From a bacterium (GTDB lineage Bacteria; Zhuqueibacterota; Zhuqueibacteria; Residuimicrobiales; Krinioviventaceae), in contig OY843751.1 in assembly GCA_963693055.1 (NCBI GenBank), positions 2,368,001-2,432,000 on the forward strand: 64,000 nucleotides of DNA. Reading direction: 5' to 3'. A program made the translations under genes and the position numbers. A model generated the notes under the pieces. It did no database searches, was not told the origin of the DNA, and saw nothing but the letters and a program-made list of their open reading frames with translations. The first letter of the stretch is position 1. Each line of letters opens with the position of its first letter. This document shows positions 46,515 to 56,043 of the stretch, piece after piece.

Positions 46515-47735
46515 ATGGTTAAAATCAAAACTGCCCTAAGATCCATAGGTCCAGGATTCATCACTGCTTCGGTAGTACTGGGCCCTGGAAGTATTGCTGT
46601 TGCTTCGCGAATTGGTTCAGTATATGGTTACGCTCTGTTGTGGATCATTTTAATCGCTGCGATCAGTATGGGGATCTTTACAGCAATGGGTACCCGGTTT
46701 GCCATTGCGTCAAATTCTTCTATTTTAAAAGCCATTAAAGACGTATATGGTAAATGGTTTGCCGGTCTTATTGGCATTTCTGCTTTTATGGCGGCAGCGA
46801 GTTTTCAATTCGGCAATAATCTGGGAATTGCTACAGCCATGCACGGATTAACAGGAATTGGGATCAATATCTGGCCTCTTGTTTTTACTCCATTGGGTTT
46901 AATTCTTTTATTCTGGGCAAAGAATGTTTATGCTATTATAGAAAAATTAATGATGGCTCTCGTGATGGTTATGATTCTTGCTTTTATAACCAATTTGTTT
47001 TTTGTAAAGCCCCATCTTTTTAATATTCTTAAAGGCTTTAATCCGTTTTCATTTCAAACCAGCCAGTTGGATGAAATCGCTGCACTGGTTGCTACCACTT
47101 TTAGCCTGAATGCCTGTATATACCAGTCTTATCTGGTTCGCAATAAGGGGTGGGGGAAAAGTGATCTTAAAACCGGAATTCGTGATACTGTAGCCGGTAT
47201 AACCGTTTTAGGGTTAATTTCAAGTTTTATCATCATCACATCTGCTACTGCCCTAAAACCCCAGGGAATAACCGTAGCAACTGCAGGAGATATGGCGATA
47301 CAACTCGAATCATTATTTGGGAGTTTTTCCAAGTATATTTTTAGTTTGGGATTGTGTGCCGCAGCGTTTTCTTCACTATTAGTCAATGCTGTTATTGGTG
47401 GTGGACTTTTATCAGATAGCTTGGGATATGGACGATCCATGCAGGATAAAGTGCCCAAAATATTGTCTGCAATTATTATGATCATAGGTATGACTATCGC
47501 TGTTTTTTTCAAGGGGAACATTGTCTATGCTCTGGTAATGGCTCAGGCATCTTCATTGCTGGCGATACCTTCTGTAGGATTGGGATTATTTTTAATTGCC
47601 AATAATAAAAAGATAATGGGTGATTTGAAAAACACCAAAACACAAAACGTTTATGCTTTATTTGGATTTATATTAATAATTATTATGGTAATTTATATGT
47701 TTTCCAAAGTGTTTAACATGATCAAAGCTTTGTAA
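46515..47735 (+). CDS. Nramp-superfamily (YcsG-like) transporter
   Basis: IGPGFITASVVLGPGS, YGYALLW, FQFGNNLG, about 11 TM helices, NNKKIMG. Confidence 0.82.
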   Translation: MVKIKTALRSIGPGFITASVVLGPGSIAVASRIGSVYGYALLWIILIAAISMGIFTAMGTRFAIASNSSILKAIKDVYGKWFAGLIGISAFMAAASFQFGNNLGIATAMHGLTGIGINIWPLVFTPLGLILLFWAKNVYAIIEKLMMALVMVMILAFITNLFFVKPHLFNILKGFNPFSFQTSQLDEIAALVATTFSLNACIYQSYLVRNKGWGKSDLKTGIRDTVAGITVLGLISSFIIITSATALKPQGITVATAGDMAIQLESLFGSFSKYIFSLGLCAAAFSSLLVNAVIGGGLLSDSLGYGRSMQDKVPKILSAIIMIIGMTIAVFFKGNIVYALVMAQASSLLAIPSVGLGLFLIANNKKIMGDLKNTKTQNVYALFGFILIIIMVIYMFSKVFNMIKAL

Positions 47736-47784
47736 TAAATTAGAAAAATAAACTGGTTTTTATCAATAATATCAAGCAGGTAGT

Positions 47785-49824
47785 ATGAAAAACATATTAT
47801 TATTCCTCTTGCCCGTTATATTATTCAATTGTACGCACAAAGATTCTAATACTGTTCATTATGAGAATTCATTATGTAAACTGGAATATAATAATCCGGG
47901 ATTACTGGTTGATCTTGATGCAGGATTTAAAGCTTTACCCATGCCAATGGATTTTGATGGTGATGGAGATACGGATTTATTGATTTCAGAATCGGGTAGT
48001 TATGCAGAGTCCGGTATATTTTATTTTGAAAATATCAGTGGAAATGTGGAAATGCCGGTTTTCAGGCGGGCAATGAAAGTGTCTTATGAGAGAAGACGCC
48101 TGGGTTCTGATGGAAGCTTGTTCCAGGTATCAACCTTGAATGGTGGAACACATGTAATAACACCGGACAATGTACGCGAAAAGCTATTGATCTATCGTAA
48201 TGTTCCACAGAATGTTTTCTGGGATATGAATGAGATTGTGCTACCCAATAAGGGATATGATTATTTACACAGTTTTAAATTAACCCAATGGCTTTTGATT
48301 GATTTTGATGGTGATGACATAAAAGATCTGTTGTGTTCTGCCGCTAGTCCACACATAACAACTTTACGTGGTGCGGGCTCATTACAGAGACAGCAAGCTT
48401 TTGACAAACTCCCCAAACATTCACAGTTATTATTTTTCAAGAACAAAGGTACCGATATTGATCCGGTATTTGTGGATCCGGTTGAAATATTAAAACAAAA
48501 TGGCGAGTCCCTGGCATCAGAACTTTCTGTTAAACCTACCTTTGCTGATTATGATAATGATGGAGACGTAGACTATATTGCTATAGGTCTGGTTGATAAA
48601 CAGTTTAAATTTTTTGAAAATATAGGTACTCTTGAAAAATATCTTTTTTCAGAGGGAAAAACGATATCATTCAACGGAAATCCTGTCTATATGGAATCTC
48701 GTGCTACGATTCATTCCACAGCCATAGACTGGAACAAGGACGGGCGTGTAGATCTCATTGCCGGAGATGAGGATGGTAAAATATCTTATTTGAAAAATGT
48801 AGGCAAATCAGAGAAAGGGGTATTGCAATTTGAACCACCCCGTTTTTTTCGGCAGGAAGCAAAGTATGTTGATTTTGGTGCATTGACTGCTCCACGAGTA
48901 TTTGATTGGGATGGCGATGGACTTGATGATATTGTTAGCGGCAATGGAGTGGGGCATATAGGGTTTATCAAAAATCTGGGTGGCAAAGTGCCGGTTTGGG
49001 ATGCTCCTAAATTACTCACTGTAAATGATGAACCTATCCGAATTATTCCTGATAAAGCTTTATGGGGATACACTACGATTGATGTTGCAGACTGGGATCA
49101 TGATGATCTACCCGATATTCTGGTGAATCATCATCATGGGAATGTTTTATGGTTTAGGAATATTGGAACACGCACATCCCCCAAACTGTCAGAACCGCAA
49201 CCCATTACCGTACAATGGGGAGATAATGGACCTTTAAGGCCGGCATGGGTCCCCGGAACAGCACAAGACAATGAATTGCTTGCGCAATGGAGAACATCAC
49301 CTCTGGTACGTGATTTTAATGAGGATGGTCTTAATGATCTGGCTATGTTGGACCATGAGGGATATCTTGCTGTTTATTTGCGATATCGTGATGAGAACGG
49401 CACTTTGCAGCTAAATTCCTCAGAACGTCGTTTTGTTAATCCCTCCGGTGAGCCCATCTTGCTGAATCAGCGCACAGGTTCCAGTAGCGGGCGATTAAAG
49501 ATTACCTTTGCTGACTGGGATGGTGATGGTCTGGATGATTTGATTATTTCATCCAAACCCGCAGTTGACTGGATGAAAAACATGGGGACCCGTGATGGAA
49601 ATATGGTTCTGCAATATATGGGAAGGGTGTTATCTCGTACACTCATGGGTCATACTGATGGTCCTGTTGTTTCTGACTGGAATCGTGATGGTATTCCTGA
49701 TCTTTTGGTGGGAACCGAAACAGGTACATTTTATTACTGGCAGCGGAGTAGTTATGATATAACGACAACAATGACTACAACGGGAAAACAGGTACCAGCA
49801 AACTATTCATATTTCAAGCGGTAG
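47785..49824 (+). CDS. FG-GAP/VCBS repeat lipoprotein
   Basis: Lipobox LFNC; repeated DxDxDGxxDL motifs (DFDGDGDTDL, DWNKDGRVDL, DWDGDGLDD, DWNRDGIPDL). Confidence 0.85.
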   Translation: MKNILLFLLPVILFNCTHKDSNTVHYENSLCKLEYNNPGLLVDLDAGFKALPMPMDFDGDGDTDLLISESGSYAESGIFYFENISGNVEMPVFRRAMKVSYERRRLGSDGSLFQVSTLNGGTHVITPDNVREKLLIYRNVPQNVFWDMNEIVLPNKGYDYLHSFKLTQWLLIDFDGDDIKDLLCSAASPHITTLRGAGSLQRQQAFDKLPKHSQLLFFKNKGTDIDPVFVDPVEILKQNGESLASELSVKPTFADYDNDGDVDYIAIGLVDKQFKFFENIGTLEKYLFSEGKTISFNGNPVYMESRATIHSTAIDWNKDGRVDLIAGDEDGKISYLKNVGKSEKGVLQFEPPRFFRQEAKYVDFGALTAPRVFDWDGDGLDDIVSGNGVGHIGFIKNLGGKVPVWDAPKLLTVNDEPIRIIPDKALWGYTTIDVADWDHDDLPDILVNHHHGNVLWFRNIGTRTSPKLSEPQPITVQWGDNGPLRPAWVPGTAQDNELLAQWRTSPLVRDFNEDGLNDLAMLDHEGYLAVYLRYRDENGTLQLNSSERRFVNPSGEPILLNQRTGSSSGRLKITFADWDGDGLDDLIISSKPAVDWMKNMGTRDGNMVLQYMGRVLSRTLMGHTDGPVVSDWNRDGIPDLLVGTETGTFYYWQRSSYDITTTMTTTGKQVPANYSYFKR

Positions 49825-49831
49825 GAGAGCA

Positions 49832-50197
49832 TTGCTCGTGCCTGTTCAATATATCGGCTGTTGTGGCGCGTTCTGCAAAACCTGTCCCGAGTATGTCAAC
49901 TCGAATTGTAAAGGATGCAAACTGGGATATGATGATGGCAAACGGGATATCAATAAAGCCAGATGTAAAATAAAACTCTGCTGTTTTCGTGACAAGCAGT
50001 TATCTACTTGTGTAGATTGTGCTGAATTGGATACATGCAATGTTATACAATCCTGGTTCAGTAAAAATGGCTATAAATACAGAAAATACCAGGAATCCAT
50101 AAAATTCATCCGTCAATTTGGATATGATAGATTTTTAGTTTTTGCAAACAGTTGGAAACGTCACTACGGCAAGCTGGATTGGGATCCAGAACAATAA
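49832..50197 (+). CDS. DUF3795 family small Cys-rich protein
   Basis: GCCGAFCKTC, CKGC, CKIKLCC, TCVDC. Confidence 0.78.
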   Translation: MLVPVQYIGCCGAFCKTCPEYVNSNCKGCKLGYDDGKRDINKARCKIKLCCFRDKQLSTCVDCAELDTCNVIQSWFSKNGYKYRKYQESIKFIRQFGYDRFLVFANSWKRHYGKLDWDPEQ

Positions 50198-50361
50198 ACT
50201 CTATTCAATAATTTTTGTTAGAGAACAAGGATTATGCAAAAAAAATCATTGTTCTTTAGGCATGTTTCTCTTATTTTACTTTTAATAATATGTCATTATA
50301 AATACAAATTTTAATTGATAGTGGTTGCAGTACGGTTGTGAAATTCAAAAAGAGGCTACCT

Positions 50362-53300
50362 ATGAAATTCCTATGTCGCGATTCCAAAAATTTTCCCCGA
50401 TTATTGTTTTTTACTTTATTCTTGTTTTTTATCAGTACTCATTTTTCTTTGTTTGCTGCTGAATGGCAGAAAAAGTATGATTATGATCAGACCCGTCAAC
50501 AGTTTGAGCAACCGCCGTTATGGTATGCACCCCATGCATTCTGGTTCTGGGATGATACTCTGGATGTTTCTGTAGCTGAATCTATGGCTAAAGAAATGAC
50601 AACGCAGCGTTTGAATCCCGGTTACGCGCATCCACGTCATAGTGATGCGCCAGACAAACCATACCCATCCTTACCCAAAGCAGAATGGTTGTCCCCAAAA
50701 TGGTTCGAATGCTTTTCTGCCGCATTGACTAATTCTGAAAAAGCAGGAATGACACTGGGTTACTGTGATGAATACTGGTGGCCCAGTGGTCAGGCAGCTG
50801 GCAGGGTATTGGAACAACATCCCGAGTTGGCTTCCCAATCCCTCTCTTGGAAACGTCAGGTCTTTCAAGGCCCCAAAGTTGTTAACTTACCAGATAACAA
50901 GTTTACAGTTGCAGCTCAATTAAATGATAAAGATACAATTATTGCCAACACTCTACAGGCTATTGGTGAGGGTGGTTCTTTTAACTGGAATGTTCCCGCA
51001 GGTAAATGGGTGATATATTCATATTCAATCTATCATCACCCTGGTGTAGACAATGGTCAAGTAAATTACCTGGATCCCAAGTTAATGGATGTGTTTATTC
51101 CCATTGCTCACGAGTCTTATGAAAAATCATTAAAAGATAAGATGGGCAATTCAATTCCCGGTGTGTTTGTGGACAATGAGGGCGATTATGGTTGGCAAAT
51201 GGCTTGGTCAGAATATCTGCCTGTACGCTATAAGGAAATGAAGAATCGTGATATTCGTTTGTGGATGCCATTGCTTACCGAGGAGGACGAAAGCGGACTG
51301 TGGGCAAAAGCAAGATATGACTGGTTTGATGTGGTTTCTGATATCTATTCCAACCAATTTTTGGGCAGGCTAAGTAATTGGCTGGAAAAACGAGATATGT
51401 ATTATATCTCTAATTTATGGGAAGAAGATTTAATGCTTCAAACCCGTGCGGTGGGTGATTTTATGCGCGCGCAGCGTGCAGTTTCACTACCCGGGAATGA
51501 TTGTTTGCAAATGAAATCGCTACAGGTTCATGATTTCAAGGAAACCCAATCTGTTTGCGAGTTTGAAAATCGTCCCTTTATGAGCGAGTTGATGGGGGTA
51601 GCCGGCTGGGAGCAAACACCGGTTCAAATGAAAATGACCCTGAACGCCGTTACTGCATGGGGTATAACCCATACGGTACCTCATGGTATTAATTTAAACC
51701 GACAAGTTGAAACCATTCCTTTTCCTGCTGACTGGTTTTCGGAAAATCCATTTTGGCGCTATCTGCATCTTTGGACAGATTTTGCGCGTCGTGCTTCATT
51801 TGTTAACCGGCAAGGGAAATTGGTTGCAGATATCTTGCTTGTTAATCCATTTGAAAGTGCATGGGCATTGTCTGAAGGATATTTTACCAGTCATGATGGT
51901 AAAGAATGGCCGGATAAAGTTATTGAAATAAATAATACCTATTCCGATGCGATGCAAGTCCTTTCAAATTCCCGTTTGGACTATTTGATTGCAGACAAGT
52001 ATTATTTGGAAAAGGCAACCATTACAAAATCTACACAAAAAAGTGTTTCTCCGGAATTGAATATTGCTGATCATAATTTTTCCGTTATTGTTCTACCACC
52101 AATGTTTATTTTGTCTCAATCTTTAGCTCAAAAGATACTGGATTTTGCAAATAGTGGTGGTACAGTTGTTTTATTGGGCGATTTACCACAGGGCTCTCCT
52201 GAGGTTGGTTCCAATGATCCTGTAATTGTTTCCAAATTTGAGAATCTGGTTTCTCTACCCTCTGTAATCAATTTGGCAAATGACCCGGAAAAGATTAACC
52301 TACTCCCCGCAAAAATCAAGGATGTAATCACTCCTCAGGTTGAAATGCGATCTGGTGATTTTCCATTGTTGGTATCTCACCGCAAAATAGATGGTAAGGA
52401 TTTCTATTGGATGGTGAACAATACCAATCAGAAACAAATCTGTTCACTCTTGTTGCGAGATGGTTCCGGTAAAGCAGAGATTTGGGATTGTGAAACGGGT
52501 GATATACGTAATGTTTCTTCTGGTACAATAGATAACCGGGTTAAAGTTGATCTGTCATTTCAACCGTATGAAGCATACTGGGTTGTTCTGGATCCCGCTG
52601 AGAAGTCTGTCAATTTTGCTGAAAATGATTCCAAGTTGAAAGAAATTCAACTTGGCAGCAATTGGTCAGTTTCGTTTCCTGAAACAGATTCTGTACTGGT
52701 AACATCCGCCAGATCTTTTATTTCTCTAAATGAAAACAATTTACCGAATGTACTGGAACCGGATTTTGATGATTCAAACTGGCGTAATCTCAATATATTG
52801 GGTGAAACGCGGTTTATTGATACCTGGCGCGCTAAAATGTTATATATCCCATTTGCTGACACTAGACGTTATTATAGATATAACTTTGATTTGAACGATG
52901 ATGTGGAAAAATCACTCATCAATATAAACGCTGATAACAGTGTGCGTTTCTGGGTTAATGGTACAGCAGTTGAGCCGGGTTTTCTTTCAAGCAGTATGAG
53001 GGATGCGGATATACATGATATTTCACCATTGTTGAAAAAAGGCAAGAATTGTATTGCAGTAGAAGCTACCAACCGTCCCGGATTTGGTTGGATGTTGTTT
53101 CAAGGACAAATTCTCTTGAAAAATGGAACAATCATTGAAATCCTTTCAGATTCTACATGGAAGGAATCGGAAACAGAGACCCCAGGATGGTACACGCTGG
53201 ATTTTAATGATGCTGCATGGGGTCAACCCCTTTTGGCTAATGAGTTGCAAATGCAAGAAATTGCTAAAATGCGGGAACCGCAAAAATTGGTTCCTTCCAC

Positions 53301-53898
53301 AGGAATACTGTGGTGGCGAATGGGAATCCCTCCCGGTGCAAATACATGTCGGCTTTATGGCTTGTCCAAAAAAGCGGAAATGTTTATTGACGGTAATAAA
53401 ATCAAAGCCCATAATAATTTAATTTCTATTCCCTCTGATGCAAAGGTGCTGGTTGTTAAAAATTATATGGGTGAAAACGGTTTGTCACAACCCGCTGCAT
53501 TTTATTGTGAGAATTCCAGTAACAGACAGCTTTGTTCATGGATCGATATGGGATTAAGAAGATTTACCGGTTTTGTTGATTATGAAACAAGTTTTAATGT
53601 CACTGATAATAATTCCAAATTGCAAATAGATCTGGGCAAAGTTTTGCATATGGCTGAAGTTTGGGTCAATGATGAAAAGGTTGGCGAACGTTTGTGGCCA
53701 CCTTTTACATTTACCGTCAAGACTCCAGTCAAGAAAGGTGAAAATACGCTACGCGTTCGAGTTGGAAATTTAATGGTTAATGAAATGGGACTCAAAGATG
53801 ATCTGGGAGAGCTTCGTACCTGGGGATGGGTGGGTACACCACCAGATTCCTGTTATGTTGCCGGTTTGTTTGGCCCTGTCAAGTTGTATGTTGAATGA
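50362..53898 (+). CDS. large secreted GH106-like (alpha-L-rhamnosidase-like) glycoside hydrolase with sugar-binding domains
   Basis: FWFWD, WLSPKWF, CDEYWWPSGQA, C-terminal DLGKVLHMAEVWVN...GLFGPV; start 50362 or 50338. Confidence 0.75.
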   Translation: MKFLCRDSKNFPRLLFFTLFLFFISTHFSLFAAEWQKKYDYDQTRQQFEQPPLWYAPHAFWFWDDTLDVSVAESMAKEMTTQRLNPGYAHPRHSDAPDKPYPSLPKAEWLSPKWFECFSAALTNSEKAGMTLGYCDEYWWPSGQAAGRVLEQHPELASQSLSWKRQVFQGPKVVNLPDNKFTVAAQLNDKDTIIANTLQAIGEGGSFNWNVPAGKWVIYSYSIYHHPGVDNGQVNYLDPKLMDVFIPIAHESYEKSLKDKMGNSIPGVFVDNEGDYGWQMAWSEYLPVRYKEMKNRDIRLWMPLLTEEDESGLWAKARYDWFDVVSDIYSNQFLGRLSNWLEKRDMYYISNLWEEDLMLQTRAVGDFMRAQRAVSLPGNDCLQMKSLQVHDFKETQSVCEFENRPFMSELMGVAGWEQTPVQMKMTLNAVTAWGITHTVPHGINLNRQVETIPFPADWFSENPFWRYLHLWTDFARRASFVNRQGKLVADILLVNPFESAWALSEGYFTSHDGKEWPDKVIEINNTYSDAMQVLSNSRLDYLIADKYYLEKATITKSTQKSVSPELNIADHNFSVIVLPPMFILSQSLAQKILDFANSGGTVVLLGDLPQGSPEVGSNDPVIVSKFENLVSLPSVINLANDPEKINLLPAKIKDVITPQVEMRSGDFPLLVSHRKIDGKDFYWMVNNTNQKQICSLLLRDGSGKAEIWDCETGDIRNVSSGTIDNRVKVDLSFQPYEAYWVVLDPAEKSVNFAENDSKLKEIQLGSNWSVSFPETDSVLVTSARSFISLNENNLPNVLEPDFDDSNWRNLNILGETRFIDTWRAKMLYIPFADTRRYYRYNFDLNDDVEKSLININADNSVRFWVNGTAVEPGFLSSSMRDADIHDISPLLKKGKNCIAVEATNRPGFGWMLFQGQILLKNGTIIEILSDSTWKESETETPGWYTLDFNDAAWGQPLLANELQMQEIAKMREPQKLVPSTGILWWRMGIPPGANTCRLYGLSKKAEMFIDGNKIKAHNNLISIPSDAKVLVVKNYMGENGLSQPAAFYCENSSNRQLCSWIDMGLRRFTGFVDYETSFNVTDNNSKLQIDLGKVLHMAEVWVNDEKVGERLWPPFTFTVKTPVKKGENTLRVRVGNLMVNEMGLKDDLGELRTWGWVGTPPDSCYVAGLFGPVKLYVE

Positions 53899-53902
53899 TA
53901 TT

Positions 53903-53931
53903 AAAACCCGGATTTATTTCCGGGTTTTTTT
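53903..53931 (+). terminator. intrinsic terminator
   Basis: AAAACCCGGA-TTTATT-TCCGGGTTTTTTT. Confidence 0.85.
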
Positions 53932-54280
53932 ATATGATATTATTCCCGAGTTTAAATTTTTACATTTTTTACGCTATTGATTTTTTTAATTGACAGTTAT
54001 TTTAGAATTATATACATTTAAAATACACTTTGGGGCGCATCCAATGCTGAAAATTCAATATGCTTATTATGACTGCTTCTACGGCCAAAAGTAATTTGTT
54101 AAAATTAAATATTACATGACAAATTTACAGTATAATATAAATATTAATTTTACTAGTTAGATTATATTTCTTTAATAAATAATTCATAAATCATTGTTTA
54201 CGATTAACAGTTGTTCTGTCATTGGGTTAATCTTGATCATGTATAATCTTTTTCATTCAATTGTAAAATTCGAGGTGATC

Positions 54281-56017
54281 ATGAAAAAAATTATCATCTA
54301 TTTACTTTTCTTTTTTATTACTTCATTTGCTCAAACAGCAATCAAGCCTCAACTTTTGGTAATGGATTTTGATTTGACTGATGTTAAGCAATCAGAATTT
54401 TCCAAACTTTATGATATTTTTCTAACTGAATTGAATAATACCGGACGTTTTGATGTAATGACAGTCCATGATCGGTCAAGTATTTTTGAACAAAATGGCA
54501 TCAGTCCGAAAACATTATGCAATGATGTTGATTGTTTTGTCAATGTAGGGAGAATTGTTCAGGCAGAACGTGTTATTGGTGCAGTAGTCAAAAAACAAAA
54601 AGAGAATTTTCAATTAACCGTTAAAATGATTGATGTTGAAAATTCCAAACCCATGCTGATCAGAACAGTGGATTTTAATAATCCCGATAACTCGTTTTTT
54701 GATTACGAATTAAAAAAAATCGCCAGAGAAATGGCCGGAGTAACAAACTGGCAATTGCCTACAGGTGGAGCTGTTGATACTGAAATTAAAGGCAAGGGAA
54801 CACTGTATTTAAATTCAAATCCATCTCAGGCCAGTATTTACATTGATGGTAAAGACATGTCTTTAAAAACACCGGCAACTATTAAAGATCTGCAGGCAGG
54901 TGTTCATTTTATCCGTATTGAAAAAGAGTCTTTTTCAGCATCAACCCCTGTATATTTGGAAGCGGATGAGTTTGAAAAAATTGGACTACAACTGGATGAA
55001 ATAAAACCCAGTTTGAAAATTCTTACAAAACCCACAGAAGCAGAGGTGTTTATTGATAATGAAGACCATGGTGTATCTCCTCTTTTAGCCAGTAGGCTTG
55101 ATGCCGGTGAGCATTTGATACGAATTCGTAAACAAGGTTTTGTTGATTATATCAGCACAGTATCTGTCTCTGGTGAATTTATTAACGATCTAATTGTTGA
55201 TTTGCAAAAGTGGAGCTCTCTTACCGTGTTATCAGAGCCCGCTGATGCAGATGTCTATATTGATGATATTTATCTTGACAAATCACCCGTAAATGACAAG
55301 TTGATAGCTCCGGGAAAACACATGATTGCAGTTAAAAAGAAGGGTTTTAAAAGTTATTATCAATATATAGATGTTGAACCTGGAAAATCTTCACTGGTCA
55401 AGTCAAAATTAGAAAATATTTCTCAACCTGCAAAAAAAGTTGAAACAAGCTCTGCTGCACCTGCACCCAAAAGAAAAACACAGACAGTAGAATCTCAACG
55501 TCCCAAACAGGAAGAAATGCCGGTAACAGATGAACAAATTAATGAAATACAATCTGTTTCTCCCAAAACGACAAAAGGCGCAGTCTTGCGCTCAGCTTTA
55601 GTACCTGGATTGGGACAACATTATTCAGGTTGCAATAAGCGATCTATCATTTATCCGGCTTTGGAGATCTTGATGATAGGGGGCATTGTGTGGGCAAATA
55701 GTCAATACAATACATCGATTGATGATTATGATGTTATCAAGATTGATTATTTGAATTCCGTTTCAGATAATCAAATTAATTCCAACCGAGATCTCATGTT
55801 GTCTACATATGATGATATTGAAAGCTATGAAAACCAACGTAACTATTTTATCATTGCTGCAGTAGGAGTTTGGATTGTAAATATTCTGGATGCTGCTTTT
55901 TTTGAACCCAAACTTGAGAGCAATAACTCAATGGGGAATGTGAAAAATTCTGAACCTAAAATATGTCTATCGTTAAATAAAGAATGTACTCGAATTGGTT
56001 TTTCATTACATTTTTAA
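54281..56017 (+). CDS. secreted PEGA-repeat protein with CsgG/TolB-N-like N-domain and DUF5683-like C-domain
   Basis: GAGGTGA RBS; PEGA repeats (SNPSQASIYIDG, TKPTEAEVFID, SEPADADVYID); AVLRSALVPGLGQHY...WIVNILDA; ends SLHF. Confidence 0.8.
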   Translation: MKKIIIYLLFFFITSFAQTAIKPQLLVMDFDLTDVKQSEFSKLYDIFLTELNNTGRFDVMTVHDRSSIFEQNGISPKTLCNDVDCFVNVGRIVQAERVIGAVVKKQKENFQLTVKMIDVENSKPMLIRTVDFNNPDNSFFDYELKKIAREMAGVTNWQLPTGGAVDTEIKGKGTLYLNSNPSQASIYIDGKDMSLKTPATIKDLQAGVHFIRIEKESFSASTPVYLEADEFEKIGLQLDEIKPSLKILTKPTEAEVFIDNEDHGVSPLLASRLDAGEHLIRIRKQGFVDYISTVSVSGEFINDLIVDLQKWSSLTVLSEPADADVYIDDIYLDKSPVNDKLIAPGKHMIAVKKKGFKSYYQYIDVEPGKSSLVKSKLENISQPAKKVETSSAAPAPKRKTQTVESQRPKQEEMPVTDEQINEIQSVSPKTTKGAVLRSALVPGLGQHYSGCNKRSIIYPALEILMIGGIVWANSQYNTSIDDYDVIKIDYLNSVSDNQINSNRDLMLSTYDDIESYENQRNYFIIAAVGVWIVNILDAAFFEPKLESNNSMGNVKNSEPKICLSLNKECTRIGFSLHF

Positions 56018-56043
56018 AATGTACCGATAAAAAGGGTGGAAAA

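Noticed and set aside
47785-49824. Recurrent GATGGTGATGG-like nucleotide repeats as a possible CRISPR or tandem array
   Set aside because: They are codon-level echoes of FG-GAP DxDGDG motifs inside a CDS, with irregular spacing
54027-54092. GC-richer patch with possible closing stem (ACTTTGGGGCG...CGGCCAAAAGT) and TTCTAC, suggestive of a riboswitch
   Set aside because: Does not match purine, fluoride or c-di-GMP consensus by eye and the stem has mismatches; an Rfam scan would be needed
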